From assembly GCA_038087875.1 (NCBI GenBank), contig CM075987.1, positions 26,166,001 to 26,229,986 on the forward strand: a stretch of DNA of 63,986 nucleotides, read 5' to 3'. Positions 61,806-63,986 of the stretch are shown piece by piece (positions within the stretch are counted from its first letter, which is position 1; each line of letters begins with the position of its first letter). The notes under the pieces are model-generated. The model was not told where the DNA came from. It searched no databases and saw nothing but the letters and a program-made list of their open reading frames with translations. The stretch is from Malacoraja senta (lineage: Eukaryota). The position numbers and the translations under genes were made by a program.

Positions 61806-62107
61806 AGTTTAGTTTGGTTTAGAGATAGGGCGTGGAAACATGTCCTTCAGCCCATCGAGTCCGCGCCGACCAGGGATCCCCCGCAAGTCAACACTATCCG
61901 AAACACACTGGGGACAATTTGACATTGACACCAAGCCAATTAACCTACAAACCTGCACGACTTTGGAGTGTGGGAGGAAACCAGAGATCTCGGGGAAAAC
62001 CCACGCAGGTCACGGGGAGAACGTACAGACTCCGTACAAACAGCACCCGTAGTCGGGATCGAACCTGGTGAGGCAGCAACTCTACCGCAGCGCCACCGTG
62101 CCGCCCT
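61806..62107 (-). mobile_element. HE1-like SINE
   Basis: Reverse-complement copy. Confidence 0.85.
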
Positions 62108-62187
62108 CTAATGGACTTAAGACATATGAGTATAGAACATTATGAAGTTACCATGTAGCCTGAGAACTATGTACCGGCGTAACTTAC

Positions 62188-62320
62188 TGTGTAGGAAAGA
62201 ACTGCAGATGCTGGATGAATCGAAGATAGACACAAAATGCTGGAGTAACTCAGCGGGACAGGCAGCATCTCTGGAGAGAAGGAATGGGTGACGTTTTGGG
62301 TCGAGACCCTTCTTCAGACT
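62188..62320 (-). mobile_element. Short Penelope-tail unit (subfamily A)
   Basis: Starts AGTCTGAAGAAGGGTCTCGACCC on the minus strand; possible TTACT TSD. Confidence 0.75.
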
Positions 62321-62419
62321 ATTACTAACTGATGGTCTTCAATAACCATCCCTGTTCTATAGTTCTTCTGTGCCACCACTATTATTGTGATAAGAACCTG
62401 CCTGCAGTAGAAGAATGGT

Positions 62420-63715
62420 CCAAGTTTATCCCAAAGTACATTACATCTTTGGCCTTGTACGAGACCTTGATTAACTAAAGGCATTCAGAGCTCGGTTGGA
62501 GCTCGGTATAAGAGCAGGTAAAGAAAACGAAGATTGCTATTAGGTCTCGCTGAAAGGCTAATGGAAAACAGGATTGTAGATGATTGTGAAAGTAATGACA
62601 GAAAGCTTTTTCATTTATGTGAAGAGCGTGGGAACTTCCGTGGTATTGGGCTGTGGATGGATGTTCGAGGGTCGATTACAAAGGACCTGCTAGACCGGGA
62701 GAAGTTCTGAGTGAGGACTTTGCATCAACTTTCACTCTTCCAGATGATACTTGACCATGAAACTTGAATGAATTTATTAATGCAACTACCAGTGGTTTAT
62801 TCATAAGCTCACCAGTTCATCAGGGAGGGGGGAGAGCAATGGATAATGGAGGGCTCAGCGTGGGGGGGGGGGGGGGCGCCGTGAGGGAGGGAGGGAGGAA
62901 GAACAAAGGGGGAACTGACACGGGGGGGGGGGGGGGGCGGGGGGATTTGTAACTGTAAGCACTTTATGGGCGATTATTTGCACACCTTCGGTACGCAGGC
63001 ACAGAAATTCACTGTGACTTTTTAATAAAGTATTCAATTCAATATAGGAGCAGAATTAGGCCATTCAGCCCATCAAATCTACTCTGCCATTCAATCATGG
63101 CTGATCTATCTTTCCCTCCTAACCCCATTCTCCTGCCTTCTCCCCATAACCCCTGACTCATACTAATCAAGAATCTATCTACAGTATCTCTGCCTTGAAA
63201 ATATCCACTGACTTGGCCTCCACAGCTGTCTGTGGCAAAGAATTCCACAGATTCACCACCCTCTGACTGAAGCAATTCCTCCTCATCTCCTTTCTAAATG
63301 TACGTCCTTTTACTCTGAGGCTGTGGCCTCTAGTCCTAGACTCTCCCACTAGTGGAAACATCCTCTCCACATCCACTCTATCCAGGCCTTTCATTATTCG
63401 GTACATTTCAATGAGGTCCCTCATCATCTTTCAAAATTCAGAGCGAATTAAGATATTGATGATGGAAAAGTGGTTGGGGGACTGGGGGGGGAGGGGGGGG
63501 GTGATAGTTGAAGATGTGCTGTGATGTTTGATATTTGGAGAACCCCTCTATAAGTTCTTAGCATTACTCTTTGGAAGGAAGAGCTCCATTAGACATTGGA
63601 AGCAGGCCGGTTGGACCAAATAGCTGCAGACTCATTAGTTTGATGTCAGTGGTGGGAAAGCTGCTGGAGGGAACCATTAGAAAGATAATAAACGGTTGCT
63701 TAGGACCATGTGGGA
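62420..63715 (+). mobile_element. Old degraded CR1-type ORF2 remnant hosting younger insertions
   Basis: ENRI..K.FF.YVK-like stretch at 62560-62625; RLISLMSVVGKLLEG (compare RPVSLTSVVGKLLE) at ~63625-63675. Confidence 0.55.
63045..63432 (-). mobile_element. CR1 3' fragment
   Basis: ORF 63179-63427 RDLIEMYRIMKGLDRV..TRGH. Confidence 0.88.
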
Positions 63716-63986
63716 CATGTTATGGACACCGGCTACAACCTCACAAAGAAATGATGCCTTATAAAGCTAATGGGAGTACTGAATAGATTATGAAGAAGGG
63801 ACAAGATACCAGGCCAAAGGGTCATCTATAAGAATCAAGCCTCTTGTGTTAGTAGCAATACAATGAGCTCGACTGATTTAAATAATGCCCTTAGAAGGTA
63901 GTTATAGATGATGGTCAGTCCTCTTGTGGATCATTAAAGGGTGGCGCGCAGGAACACGACTGCGCACTGCATGAGCGCATGTCAGG

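Noticed and set aside
63940..63986. GC-rich GCGCA motifs at the window end
   Set aside because: Truncated by the window edge; cannot be interpreted.

Overview
A eukaryotic, repeat-dominated, apparently gene-free window. The repeat content (HE1/V-SINE-type tRNA SINEs, CR1 LINEs sharing the SINE tail, Neptune-type Penelope-like elements) points by inference to a cartilaginous fish, probably a skate or ray. No host protein-coding gene was recognised; every interpretable ORF is retroelement-derived. Contents: about 30 HE1-like SINEs; many 5'-truncated CR1 and Rex1/Babar-like LINE fragments; one L1 and two Vingi/Ingi-like fragments; two young, near-identical Penelope-like elements (RT + GIY-YIG) in inverted orientation; about 11 PIF/Harbinger-like MITEs; a hAT-like element with an 8-bp TSD; a non-autonomous Helitron with two 5' ends; two solo LTRs with 4-bp TSDs; microsatellites; a strong CTCF motif; and a 200-N assembly gap. 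The most interesting signal is a hammerhead-ribozyme-like motif in the Penelope 3' tail. It also occurs as standalone ~85-140 bp insertions with target-site duplications whose 5' ends fall at the ribozyme core, suggesting a Penelope-mobilised, ribozyme-bearing SINE-like family. Coordinates of degenerate repeats are approximate, and family names come from motif recognition, not database searches.
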